Source of the DNA: Anaerolineales bacterium
GTDB lineage: Bacteria; Chloroflexota; Anaerolineae; Anaerolineales; UBA11579
Assembly (NCBI GenBank): GCA_040902205.1
Contig: JBBDXR010000033.1
Coordinates: 69,673-133,672 of the forward strand
Direction: 5' to 3'
Length of the DNA stretch: 64,000 nucleotides
Of the stretch, positions 51,658-62,501 are shown piece by piece (within the stretch, counting starts at the first letter, position 1; each line of letters begins with the position of its first letter). The translations under genes were made by a program, and so were the position numbers. The notes beneath the pieces were generated by a model. It was not told the origin of the DNA. It saw nothing but the letters and a program-made list of their open reading frames with translations, and searched no databases.

Positions 51658-52506
51658 ATGGTAAACCATCTTCCCCCCATAGCCTTCATTGGCCCAGGCG
51701 TGATGGCCGAGGCTATGATCGCCGGGCTGATTCGTACCGGCGTATCCAAAGGCGAGGACCTTTTGGTCGCTGGCCCGCGGCCAGAGCGCGGCAACCAGTT
51801 GGTCGCCGCTTATGGCGTGGCTTACACAGCCAGCAATCTCGAAGCGGCCAGGAAGGCCGAAGTGCTTGTCCTGGCGATCAAGCCACAGCATTTGGACAAA
51901 GTGTTGGCGGGGATATCGGGAAACATACCAGAAAGCGCCCTGGTTCTCTCCATCGTGGCCGGAGCGCCGATGGCCCACATTGGCCGGCTCCTGGGGCACC
52001 CCGCCATGGTGCGTGCTATGCCAAACACGCCGGCTCGCATCGGCGCCGGCATCACAGTATGGAGCGCCACGCCGGAAACCAGCGCCGACCAACGCAAGCA
52101 GGCCGAAGCCATTTTGGCCGCCCTGGGGCAAACGGTCTACGTTGAGGAAGAGAGCTTCCTCGACAAGGCCACGGCCCTTTCCGGCACCGGCCCGGCCTAT
52201 GTTTATTTGTTCATGGAAGCTATGGTGGATGCCGGTGTGCATTTAGGTTTCCCGCGGCGGGTGGCTGAACAGCTCGTGGTGCAGACCCTACGCGGTTCAG
52301 TGGATTTCTACAATCAGATCGAAGAAGGCCCGCGCCACTTGGCGCGTTTGCGCAATCAGGTCACTTCGCCCGGCGGTACTTCTGCCGAGGCCCTCTACTA
52401 CTTGGAGAAGGCCGGCTTTCGCACAGCCATTTCCCGAGCGATCTGGGCGGCCTATGAGCGCTCCCGCCAACTTGGGAGCGGTGACCATCAGAAGTCGCCA
52501 GATTAG
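51658..52506 (+). CDS. proC: pyrroline-5-carboxylate reductase
   Basis: 282-aa ORF. Motifs: IAFIGPGVMAEAMIAGL, VLAIKPQ, MPNTPA, SGTGPAYVYLFMEAM, VTSPGGTS. Confidence 0.9.
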   Translation: MVNHLPPIAFIGPGVMAEAMIAGLIRTGVSKGEDLLVAGPRPERGNQLVAAYGVAYTASNLEAARKAEVLVLAIKPQHLDKVLAGISGNIPESALVLSIVAGAPMAHIGRLLGHPAMVRAMPNTPARIGAGITVWSATPETSADQRKQAEAILAALGQTVYVEEESFLDKATALSGTGPAYVYLFMEAMVDAGVHLGFPRRVAEQLVVQTLRGSVDFYNQIEEGPRHLARLRNQVTSPGGTSAEALYYLEKAGFRTAISRAIWAAYERSRQLGSGDHQKSPD

Positions 52507-52513
52507 GTACGAC

Positions 52514-52531
52514 TTTGTGAATTACTGGACA
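52514..52531 (+). promoter_or_regulatory. Rex-box-like operator TTGTGAA-TTAC-TGGACAA overlapping a candidate atpA promoter
   Basis: Read directly from the sequence. TGGACA (52525-52530), a 16-nt spacer, then TATTAT (52547-52552). The atpA ATG is at 52599. Confidence 0.45.
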
Positions 52532-52598
52532 AACAAAGGCCTTTCAGTTATTATGAGCCAAATCCGTTCGCCGATCTTTTTCACACGGAGTCATCTTC

Positions 52599-54245
52599 AT
52601 GTCTGACCTGATCAAAGATATTTCATCCAGCCTGCAGAAGCAGATCGAAGGCTTTAAGCCTGAATTCGAGGTGCGCGACGTCGGCACCGTCACCGAAGCC
52701 GGCGACGGCATCGCCCGCGCCTCCGGCCTGGCGCAGGTGCAGGCGCAGGAACTCGTGCAGTTTGAGAACGGCGTGATGGGCATTGCCTTCAACCTGGAGC
52801 AGCACAGCGTCGGCATCATCATCATGGGCGAATTCTCCGGCATCGAAGAAGGCATGACCGTGCGTTCCACCGGCCGCATTGCCTCCGTCCCTGTCGGCGA
52901 CGGCATGGTCGGCCGCGTGGTCAATGCCCTCGGTGAACCCATCGACGGCAAAGGACCCATCCCCTCTGACCATTTCCGCCCCATCGAGCGCATCGCCCCC
53001 GGTGTGATCCAGCGCAAAGACGTAGACACCCCCGTGCAGACGGGCATCAAGGCCATTGATGCGCTGACCCCGGTGGGCCGCGGCCAGCGCGAGCTGATCA
53101 TCGGTGATCGTCAGACCGGCAAGACCGCCCTGGCCATCGACACCATCATCAACCAAAAGGGGCAGGACCTGCTGTGCATTTATGTGGCCATCGGCCAGAA
53201 GAAGGCCGGCATTGCCCGCACCGTGGCCATCCTGGAAGAAGCCGGCGCCATGGACCACACCGTGGTCGTGGTGGCCTCGGCTGAAGAACCCGCCGCCCTG
53301 CAATATATTGCGCCTTACGCGGGCTGCGCCATCGGCGAAGAGTTCATGGAGACCGGGCGCGACGCGCTGATCGTATACGATGACCTCTCCAAGCATGCCT
53401 GGGCTTATCGCCAGGTGTCGCTGCTGCTGCGCCGCCCGCCGGGCCGCGAAGCCTATCCCGGCGATCTGTTCTACCTGCACTCTCGTTTACTGGAGCGCGC
53501 CGCGCGCTTGGCAAACAAGTACGTGGTCGTACCCCAAGGCTTCAAGGAGACCGTAGCCACCGAGAAAGACAGCGTTGACAAAAAAGTCTACGGCGGCCCC
53601 CTGGCCAAGCACAACGCCGAGCAAGCGGCCGGTAAAGAGAACAAGGCCGTCAAGCTGCAAGGCTCCGGCGGCTCGCTGACCGCGCTGCCCATCATTGAAA
53701 CTCTGCTCGGCGACGTGTCCGCTTATGTGCCCACCAACGTGATCTCCATCACCGATGGGCAGATCTATTTGGAAGCCAACCTGTTCTACGCAGGCATCCG
53801 CCCGGCGATCAACGCCGGCCTCTCGGTATCCCGCGTAGGCGGCGACGCCCAGACCAAAGCCATGAAGCAAGTGGCGGGCGGCCTGCGCCTCGACATGGCC
53901 TCCTTCCGCGAGTTGGCCGCCTTTGCCCAGTTCGGTTCGAGCCTGGACAAGGCTACGCAAGATCAGCTTAGCCGCGGTCAGCGCTTACAGGAAATTCTTA
54001 AACAGCCGCAGTTTGCGCCGGTCTCTTTGGAGCACGAGGTTCTGGCCATTTACGCCGGCACCAACCGCCTGGCCGACAAGATCGAAATCGAACGCGTGAC
54101 GGAATGGGAACGCGCCCTGCTGCGTTACATGGACGCCTCACACCCGGACCTGCTCAAAGAGATCCGCACCAAGAAGGCGCTCAGCGATGAATTGAAGACG
54201 AAGCTAAAAAGCGCCATCGAATCCTTCAACTCCACGTGGTCGTAA
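52599..54245 (+). CDS. atpA: F1 ATP synthase alpha subunit (with an enlarged loop insert)
   Basis: 548-aa ORF. Motifs: [31 protein letters not shown]. Confidence 0.95.
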   Translation: MSDLIKDISSSLQKQIEGFKPEFEVRDVGTVTEAGDGIARASGLAQVQAQELVQFENGVMGIAFNLEQHSVGIIIMGEFSGIEEGMTVRSTGRIASVPVGDGMVGRVVNALGEPIDGKGPIPSDHFRPIERIAPGVIQRKDVDTPVQTGIKAIDALTPVGRGQRELIIGDRQTGKTALAIDTIINQKGQDLLCIYVAIGQKKAGIARTVAILEEAGAMDHTVVVVASAEEPAALQYIAPYAGCAIGEEFMETGRDALIVYDDLSKHAWAYRQVSLLLRRPPGREAYPGDLFYLHSRLLERAARLANKYVVVPQGFKETVATEKDSVDKKVYGGPLAKHNAEQAAGKENKAVKLQGSGGSLTALPIIETLLGDVSAYVPTNVISITDGQIYLEANLFYAGIRPAINAGLSVSRVGGDAQTKAMKQVAGGLRLDMASFRELAAFAQFGSSLDKATQDQLSRGQRLQEILKQPQFAPVSLEHEVLAIYAGTNRLADKIEIERVTEWERALLRYMDASHPDLLKEIRTKKALSDELKTKLKSAIESFNSTWS

Positions 54246-54357
54246 CTACGTCTTTGCTTGGCCATGACACTCACCATTGAGAGAACCTACATCATCGACC
54301 CTCTCCAGCTTGCGGGAGAGGGTGGCTTCGCAAAGCGAAGCCGGGTGAGGGGCTTGC

Positions 54358-54456
54358 ATGGCTAACACCCGCGAAATTCGTCGGAGCAAGGAAAGCGCAG
54401 CTTTCCGCGGTTGCGAGGAGGCCAAAGGCCGACGAAGCAACCTCCTTGCTGGCTAA
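54358..54456 (+). other. 32-codon uORF whose first 8 codons re-encode the AtpG N-terminus (MANTREIR)
   Basis: ATG GCT AAC ACC CGC GAA ATT CGT at 54358, versus atpG ATG GCA AAC ACC AGA GAG ATC AGG at 54474. All five differing codons are synonymous. Confidence 0.4.
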
Positions 54457-54473
54457 AGAGTAGCCACCAGATA

Positions 54474-56815
<2,342 letters not shown>

Positions 56816-56835
56816 CAACCAAACAGGGACTTAGC

Positions 56836-57285
56836 ATGCCTATCCACTGCGATATCGTTTCCCAGGACCGCACAGTGTTCGCCGGCGACGTGGACATCGT
56901 CGTGATTCCCGGTGCGGAAGGGGAAATGGGTATCCTGCCTAACCATGCACCGTTGCTTTCCACGATGCGCTTAGGCGTGATTAAGGTACGCACGGGGAAG
57001 GAAGAGCAACTCTTCACCATCACCGGTGGCCTGGTCGAAGTGCAGCCGACCATCGTCACCATCCTGGCGGATGCTGCCGAGAACATCGAAGAGATCGATA
57101 TCGCCCGCGCCGAGGAAGCCAGGCGGCGAGCCGAGCAGCGTCTGGCGGAAGGCATTCCGGCCGATGCACAGGCGTACCTTGCCGCCGAAGCCGCCTTGCG
57201 CCGCTCCACGTTGCGGCTGGAAATGGCGCGGCGATACGGCCGCAGCCGTAAGACCCAGCTGCCAACTCATCCTTCCGGCGAGTAG
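56836..57285 (+). CDS. atpC: F1 ATP synthase epsilon subunit
   Basis: 149-aa ORF. Motifs: IVSQDRTVF, PGAEGEMGILPNHAPL, helical C-terminus. Confidence 0.9.
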   Translation: MPIHCDIVSQDRTVFAGDVDIVVIPGAEGEMGILPNHAPLLSTMRLGVIKVRTGKEEQLFTITGGLVEVQPTIVTILADAAENIEEIDIARAEEARRRAEQRLAEGIPADAQAYLAAEAALRRSTLRLEMARRYGRSRKTQLPTHPSGE

Positions 57286-57297
57286 AATACCCCTCCT

Positions 57298-58299
57298 ATG
57301 GCCGTCTTTTCCCGTGAGCTAGGTATCGACCTAGGCACGATGTTCATCCGCATTGTCGAAGGCGGGCAGATCGTGCTGCAGGAACCCACCATTGTCGCCG
57401 TGGACATCAATGAACAGAAGATCGTGGCCGTGGGCGGAGAAGCCCTGGGCATGGTGGGCCGCGTGGCAGAAGAATCCATTGAGGTCATCCGCCCGCTTCA
57501 AAAAGGCGTGGTGGCCTATTACGAACTCACCGAACTATTGCTCGACCATTTGGTGCGCAAGATCGGCGGCTCGATGCGCTTCTTCAAGCCGCGCGTCATG
57601 ATCACCCACCCCTATGGCATTACCAGCGTGGAGCGCCGTGCCGTGCACGAGGCCGCGCTCCAACTTGGCGATGCCCACCTGGTGCCGCAGCCGGTGGCCG
57701 CCGCCCTGGGCATTGACCTGCCCGTCGGCACGCCCACCGGCAACATGGTGGTGTGCATGGGCGGCGGCTGCACCCAGGCGGCCGTGATCGCCATGAATGA
57801 CGTAGTCTCCGGTGAAACTTTGCGCGTGGGCGGCTTTGACCTGGACGAGGCCATAGCCGGCTATGTGCGCCGCAAATACGGTTTGCATATCGGCCAACGC
57901 ACAGCAGAGATGGTGAAGCTGCGCGTGGGCGCCGCCGTGCCGCAGGATGAGGACCAGAGCGTGGAGTTGCAGGGCCAGGACCAGGTGAGCGGCTTGCCGC
58001 GCCCCCTGACCCTGACGACCTCCGAAGTCGTGGAAGCCGTGCAGCCCACGCTGGACGAGGTATTCGAAATGATCCGCCGCGTGCTGGAGAAGACCCCTCC
58101 CGAGCTGGCCTCCGATATTATCGATCGCGGTGTGGCGTTGTGCGGCGGCACTGCACTGCTGCGCGGCATGGACCGCCTGATGACGCAGAAGCTGGGCGTG
58201 CCCACCTATCTGGTGGACGATCCTGTGAATGTGGTGGCCCTGGGAGCCTTGCAAGGGCTGGACCTGGCCCAGGTATTGCAAAGGGTCAGCAGACAATAG
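57298..58299 (+). CDS. mreB: rod-shape-determining actin homologue MreB
   Basis: 333-aa ORF. Motifs: LGIDLGT, EPTIVAV, MVVCMGGGCTQ, GVALCGGTALLRGMD. Confidence 0.9.
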   Translation: MAVFSRELGIDLGTMFIRIVEGGQIVLQEPTIVAVDINEQKIVAVGGEALGMVGRVAEESIEVIRPLQKGVVAYYELTELLLDHLVRKIGGSMRFFKPRVMITHPYGITSVERRAVHEAALQLGDAHLVPQPVAAALGIDLPVGTPTGNMVVCMGGGCTQAAVIAMNDVVSGETLRVGGFDLDEAIAGYVRRKYGLHIGQRTAEMVKLRVGAAVPQDEDQSVELQGQDQVSGLPRPLTLTTSEVVEAVQPTLDEVFEMIRRVLEKTPPELASDIIDRGVALCGGTALLRGMDRLMTQKLGVPTYLVDDPVNVVALGALQGLDLAQVLQRVSRQ

Positions 58300-58370
58300 G
58301 GGTTCACCAGTACAATCATCTAGGGGGCAAGTACGCGTATCTATCCAGTTTCGTGGTAATTATATAGTCT

Positions 58371-59693
58371 ATGAAGAACAAATCTCTTCGACGTGGATTA
58401 ATTCCATTCACGATCCTAGTGCTCATTTTTGTCAGTCTTGTGGTGGTTCAGGCGGTTCAGGCCCGTGAGACGCACCGGATACTGTCCACCTCTTTAACTA
58501 GGATTCAGGTTCCACAACCCGGAGATCTCGTTCACTATTCATACAAGTTGTACCAGCGAACCCCGCCGGGGACTTTGGAACCAACCGATCCTTATCACTT
58601 ACCCTACTCCAAAATATGGCGTGAAGTCAGTTTTGAAAATACCTGGCTGGAAATCGCTAATGATGGGAAAACGCAGAGGTGGAGAACCATTTTACGCGAC
58701 GCAGATGGGGATCTGCTCCAAGATCTGATGTTTGATGGCGAGTCAGAAACAGACTATTTCCCGATGGAATATTTTGCGGAAAAGTACACCGCGGATATGT
58801 ATCCTTTCACGGATGAAAGAGTCGCGTTGATTGAGGGATTTCTTAACGACACTCAGCTGGAACGCCGGGATGGTAGCAGCCTTGACGGAACGGCGGTTGT
58901 AAGCGTGTACGCGCGCGAACAGAGCCTTGACGGAATGAGTTGGGCAACGCAGAGCGTGGAGGAAGCGCTGCTCAATCAGTCCCAACCGTTTGTTGCTGAT
59001 TTGCACCCTGTGAAGCGGGCTATTCGTATTGATTTTTCACTAACCACATTTGAGCCTGTAGGTCAGGCGGTCGTCGTTTGGGATAAAGAAGGCCTGGAAA
59101 CGGTTGTTTCTTATCGGTCCTATTCGTATCCGGAAATTATTGTATTTGACAGCACTGGATCCGGCGAGTTTTTTAGCCAGGAAATCCCTCCCGAGGCTTT
59201 TGCTGATGCACGTCAGATACCGATAGATACTGCAGTGGCTGGTTTGGAGCAGATTCACACTCTCGTTGAGTTTCAAATCTACGTTATTCCTGAATCGGTT
59301 GAAAATTGGAATCTAGTTGCTTCGAGCTTTTCCAGGCAGGAAACATCGCCATTTGTGCCTAAAGTCCTTCAAAATGTTGATTACGCAGACTCATTGGGCA
59401 AGGGCGTGCGGCTGACATATTCGAGTGGAGATAGTGTTGTAGTGTTGGTAGAGGGAAACGCGGCGGAGCTCGGCAGCCTCTTGCGGCTAACTCCGCCAAG
59501 TTGGACGCACTCCGAGTATTCGACGATCAGCATTGGTGACGCACAAGCCTCCGTGTGGCAGTTATTTGGCGCTGATCCAGATCAGATTCGTCTTGTGATC
59601 GCACTAGGGGAAATGTTGATCTATGTAGATAGTCGAAGCGTATCTTTTGATGAACTCCAGGCTCTTCTGAAGGCCTTGCAGCCCTTTGATTAA
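58371..59693 (+). CDS. hypothetical N-terminally anchored exported protein (C-terminus DUF4367-like)
   Basis: 440-aa ORF in an AT-shifted segment. TM helix LIPFTILVLIFVSLVVV. The C-terminal pattern ..LIYVDSRSVSFDELQALLKALQPF recalls anti-sigma/LolA-like DUF4367 tails (from memory). Confidence 0.6.
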   Translation: MKNKSLRRGLIPFTILVLIFVSLVVVQAVQARETHRILSTSLTRIQVPQPGDLVHYSYKLYQRTPPGTLEPTDPYHLPYSKIWREVSFENTWLEIANDGKTQRWRTILRDADGDLLQDLMFDGESETDYFPMEYFAEKYTADMYPFTDERVALIEGFLNDTQLERRDGSSLDGTAVVSVYAREQSLDGMSWATQSVEEALLNQSQPFVADLHPVKRAIRIDFSLTTFEPVGQAVVVWDKEGLETVVSYRSYSYPEIIVFDSTGSGEFFSQEIPPEAFADARQIPIDTAVAGLEQIHTLVEFQIYVIPESVENWNLVASSFSRQETSPFVPKVLQNVDYADSLGKGVRLTYSSGDSVVVLVEGNAAELGSLLRLTPPSWTHSEYSTISIGDAQASVWQLFGADPDQIRLVIALGEMLIYVDSRSVSFDELQALLKALQPFD

Positions 59694-59717
59694 GCTTTGG
59701 ATGCATGTTGGAGATGA

Positions 59718-60164
59718 ATGATTTATAAAAGAGAAGTTTTATTATTGTCATTGTTTGTGCTTATTGTGAATATTGCAGGGGTTGAATCCGTGTCAGGCTC
59801 GTGGTCAAAAAATGGCGTGAGTATGTCGGGGAATCACTCCGCTTCCTATATCCAGCCACTAGATAAGCGAATACAAGGATCCTCTGCAGCACACACCCCT
59901 CCTAATGGCCCGATTGATTATATTTTTGTGGAGGTAAGGCTGGAAGATCGTTGCCAAAATGCCAATGGCACCTGGCCAGCTTGGCATCAATTTGCGTATA
60001 ACGTCAAAGCCGCCAACAACGCAGTCGGATCAGGCCTTTCAGTTGCCCGAGGAACAATTCAAGATTGCATCTGGGGTCATGAGTACCGGAATACATCAAG
60101 ACATATTTTTCGTGAGCAATCTTTTTCAGTTAACGAAACACACACGTTGACGTCAACGAACTAG
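59718..60164 (+). CDS. hypothetical small secreted protein
   Basis: 148-aa ORF 24 nt downstream of the previous gene, with the same AT-shifted composition. Signal-like LLLSLFVLIVNIAGV and two Cys residues. Confidence 0.55.
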   Translation: MIYKREVLLLSLFVLIVNIAGVESVSGSWSKNGVSMSGNHSASYIQPLDKRIQGSSAAHTPPNGPIDYIFVEVRLEDRCQNANGTWPAWHQFAYNVKAANNAVGSGLSVARGTIQDCIWGHEYRNTSRHIFREQSFSVNETHTLTSTN

Positions 60165-60267
60165 CATTATGTTAGAGAAGGCTATTTGCCTATCTAACGA
60201 ATAATTCCTGCGAAAAGGCCCCCTGGGACATCGTATTCCACAAGTCGTGTGCTGTTGTCCCATAAAA

Positions 60268-60292
60268 AAACCCGCCTATAGGCGGGTTTCTC
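60268..60292. terminator. bidirectional rho-independent terminator
   Basis: AAACCCGCC-TATA-GGCGGGTTT flanked by an A7 run and TCTCTG, between convergent genes. Confidence 0.8.
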
Positions 60293-60302
60293 TGTCAACT
60301 AT

Positions 60303-60920
60303 CTACTCCAAATAATACGTCATTCGCTGCAAATGGATCGAGGGGTCAATGTTTTGCACGTGTACGCCGCTGGGAACGGTCAGGTTCACCGGCGCGTAAC
60401 TAAGGATGGCGCGCACGCCCGCCTCCACCAGCTGGTCAGCCACGGCCTGGGCTTGCGCTGCCGGCACAGCGATCATGGCCATCTTGATCCCGGCCGCCTG
60501 AATCTCATCCTTTAGGCCCTTGCTGTCCTTAACCACGAAGTCGCCGGCCTTCATGCCGATCAGTTCCGCTTTGTTGTCGAACATCATGACGATGCGGAAT
60601 CCGCGCTCGCTGAAGCCGTTGTAGCCCGCCAGGGCGCGGCCGATGTCGCCAGCGCCCACAATGGCCACGTCCCACACGCGGTTCACCTTGAGGATCTCGC
60701 GCACCTGCTTGGCCAGGAATTCGATGTTGTAGCCCGTGCCCTGTTTGCCGAACTCCCCGAATTGAGACAGGTCCTTGCGGATCTGCGCTGCCGAGATCCC
60801 CAGGCGTTCACCCAGTTCCTGCGAACTGGTGACCTGGCGGCCTTCCTGGCTCATCTGCAACAGGGCGCGCAGATAAACGGGCAGCCGCCCGATGACGATG
60901 TCGGGAATTTGCTTGACCAT
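60303..60920 (-). CDS. rex: redox-sensing transcriptional repressor Rex
   Basis: 205-aa ORF. RLPVYLRAL, SSQELGERLGISAAQIRKDLSQFGEFGKQGTGYN and VAIVGAGDIGRAL parallel B. subtilis Rex. Confidence 0.9.
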   Translation of the reverse strand: MVKQIPDIVIGRLPVYLRALLQMSQEGRQVTSSQELGERLGISAAQIRKDLSQFGEFGKQGTGYNIEFLAKQVREILKVNRVWDVAIVGAGDIGRALAGYNGFSERGFRIVMMFDNKAELIGMKAGDFVVKDSKGLKDEIQAAGIKMAMIAVPAAQAQAVADQLVEAGVRAILSYAPVNLTVPSGVHVQNIDPSIHLQRMTYYLE

Positions 60921-60952
60921 ATAGGCGAAACCTCCTCCGAAGGTGAATCCTC

Positions 60953-61007
60953 TGATAATTTATCACTTTCCCGCCCTTTGTGCAAACGCGTACAATGCTT
61001 TCACAAA
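60953..61007. promoter_or_regulatory. palindromes in the rex/obg divergent region: TGATAA-T-TTATCA and TTTGTG..CACAAA with Rex-like half-sites
   Basis: 60953-60965 is TGATAATTTATCA. On the minus strand, 60977-61007 reads TTTGTGAAAGCATTGTACGCGTTTGCACAAA (half-sites TTGTGAA and TGCACAA, non-canonical spacing). Confidence 0.35.
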
Positions 61008-61229
61008 CTGGGTGCAATTACCCATGTCCATTACCTTGACCCTTTGTGGCCGGATTTTTCCTAACCTCCCTTCTGTGTTTTAACTGATGATCATGGAGGA
61101 TTTTCTACCGGATCGGTCTGGACCCCAGCATGGTCAAGTTGTATCGAGGGCTGTGTATCTGTGGCGCAGTTCAACTTGACGAGAAACACGAAAAGGAAGA
61201 GCCAGCCCGTATAATCTCTCGGGAACCGA

Positions 61230-62501
61230 ATGCCTGAATCCCAGTTCCTGGATGAAGTAGAGGTCACCGTGCGCTCCGGCAAGGGCGGCGACGGCATGGT
61301 GCACTTCAACCGCGAGCTCTTCAGGCCGCGCGGCGGCCCGGATGGCGGCGACGGCGGCCGGGGTGGGTCGGTGATCTTGGAAGTCGACTCCTCCATGCGC
61401 ACCCTGCACACCTTCCGCTTTAAAAAACACTTTGCGGCCGATGATGGCCGCCCCGGCGGCCCCAACCAGCGCAGCGGGCGTGGCGCAGAGAACCTGCTGC
61501 TGCGCGTTCCCGAAGGTACCCTGGTCACCGCCGCCGATACTGGCACGCTGATCGGCGATCTAACCGAACCCGGCCAGCAGCTCGAGGTGGCCAAGGGCGG
61601 CCGGGGTGGGCGCGGCAACCAGCATTTCGCTAACTCGCGCAACCAGGCGCCGCGTATCGCCGAAAAGGGAGCGCCGGGCCAGGAGAAAGCCTTGCGCCTC
61701 GAACTCAAACTGATTGCCGATATCGGCATCGTGGGCGTGCCCAATGCGGGCAAGTCCACCTTGCTGGCCGCGCTGACCAATGCCAGGCCCAAGATCGCCA
61801 ATTACCCGTTCACTACCCTGGAACCCAATCTGGGCGTGGCCGCGCTGGACGATGAGACCAGCGTGGTGTTGGCCGACATCCCGGGTCTGATCGCAGGCGC
61901 TCACACCGGCAAAGGTCTCGGCCACGATTTCCTGCGCCACATCCAACGCACCCGCGTTCTCATTCACATCCTGGATGGCCTGGCCGAAGACCCCCTGGCA
62001 GATTTCTCCCAGATCAACAGCGAGCTGGCCCTCTTCGATCCTGAACTGGGGGCAAAACCCCAGGTCGTGGCCTTCAACAAAATGGATTTGCCCGATGTGC
62101 AAGCGCGCTGGCCCCAGACCGAGGACGCCTTGAAGAAACAAGGTGTTGCGCCCATGGCTATATCCGCCGCGACGCACAAGGACGTTCGCACCCTGCTGGG
62201 CCGCGCCATGCAGGAGTTGGCTGCCCTGCCCGCCGCCATGCCGTCCGCCGAGGTCCCGGTCTACCGTCCGCAGGTCGACCCGCGCCAGTTTCACGTGGAG
62301 CGCGAGGATGCCGCCTGGCGCCTGCACGGCGCCTCGTTGGAGCGCGCCGCGGCTATGACCTATTGGGAGCACGATCAATCGGTGCGCCGCTTCCAGCGCA
62401 TGCTGCAGAACCTGGGCGTGGACGTGGCCTTGCGCAAGGCCGGCGTTCAGCATGGGGATACCGTGCGCATCGGCGAGTATGAGTTGGAGTGGCAGGAATG
62501 A
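61230..62501 (+). CDS. obg: GTPase Obg/CgtA
   Basis: 423-aa ORF. Gly-rich Obg fold GGDGGRGGSV..GGRGGRGN. G motifs GVPNAGKST, DIPGLI, NKMD. C-terminal OCT domain. Confidence 0.95.
   Translation: MPESQFLDEVEVTVRSGKGGDGMVHFNRELFRPRGGPDGGDGGRGGSVILEVDSSMRTLHTFRFKKHFAADDGRPGGPNQRSGRGAENLLLRVPEGTLVTAADTGTLIGDLTEPGQQLEVAKGGRGGRGNQHFANSRNQAPRIAEKGAPGQEKALRLELKLIADIGIVGVPNAGKSTLLAALTNARPKIANYPFTTLEPNLGVAALDDETSVVLADIPGLIAGAHTGKGLGHDFLRHIQRTRVLIHILDGLAEDPLADFSQINSELALFDPELGAKPQVVAFNKMDLPDVQARWPQTEDALKKQGVAPMAISAATHKDVRTLLGRAMQELAALPAAMPSAEVPVYRPQVDPRQFHVEREDAAWRLHGASLERAAAMTYWEHDQSVRRFQRMLQNLGVDVALRKAGVQHGDTVRIGEYELEWQE

Noticed and set aside
61087-61180. 30-codon ORF (ATGATCATGGAGGAT...) in the rex-obg spacer, considered as a missing rpmA/rplU-like or leader peptide gene.
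   Set aside because: The translation MIMEDFLPDRSGPQHGQVVSRAVYLWRSST has no ribosomal-protein character. There is no Shine-Dalgarno sequence and no supporting signal.
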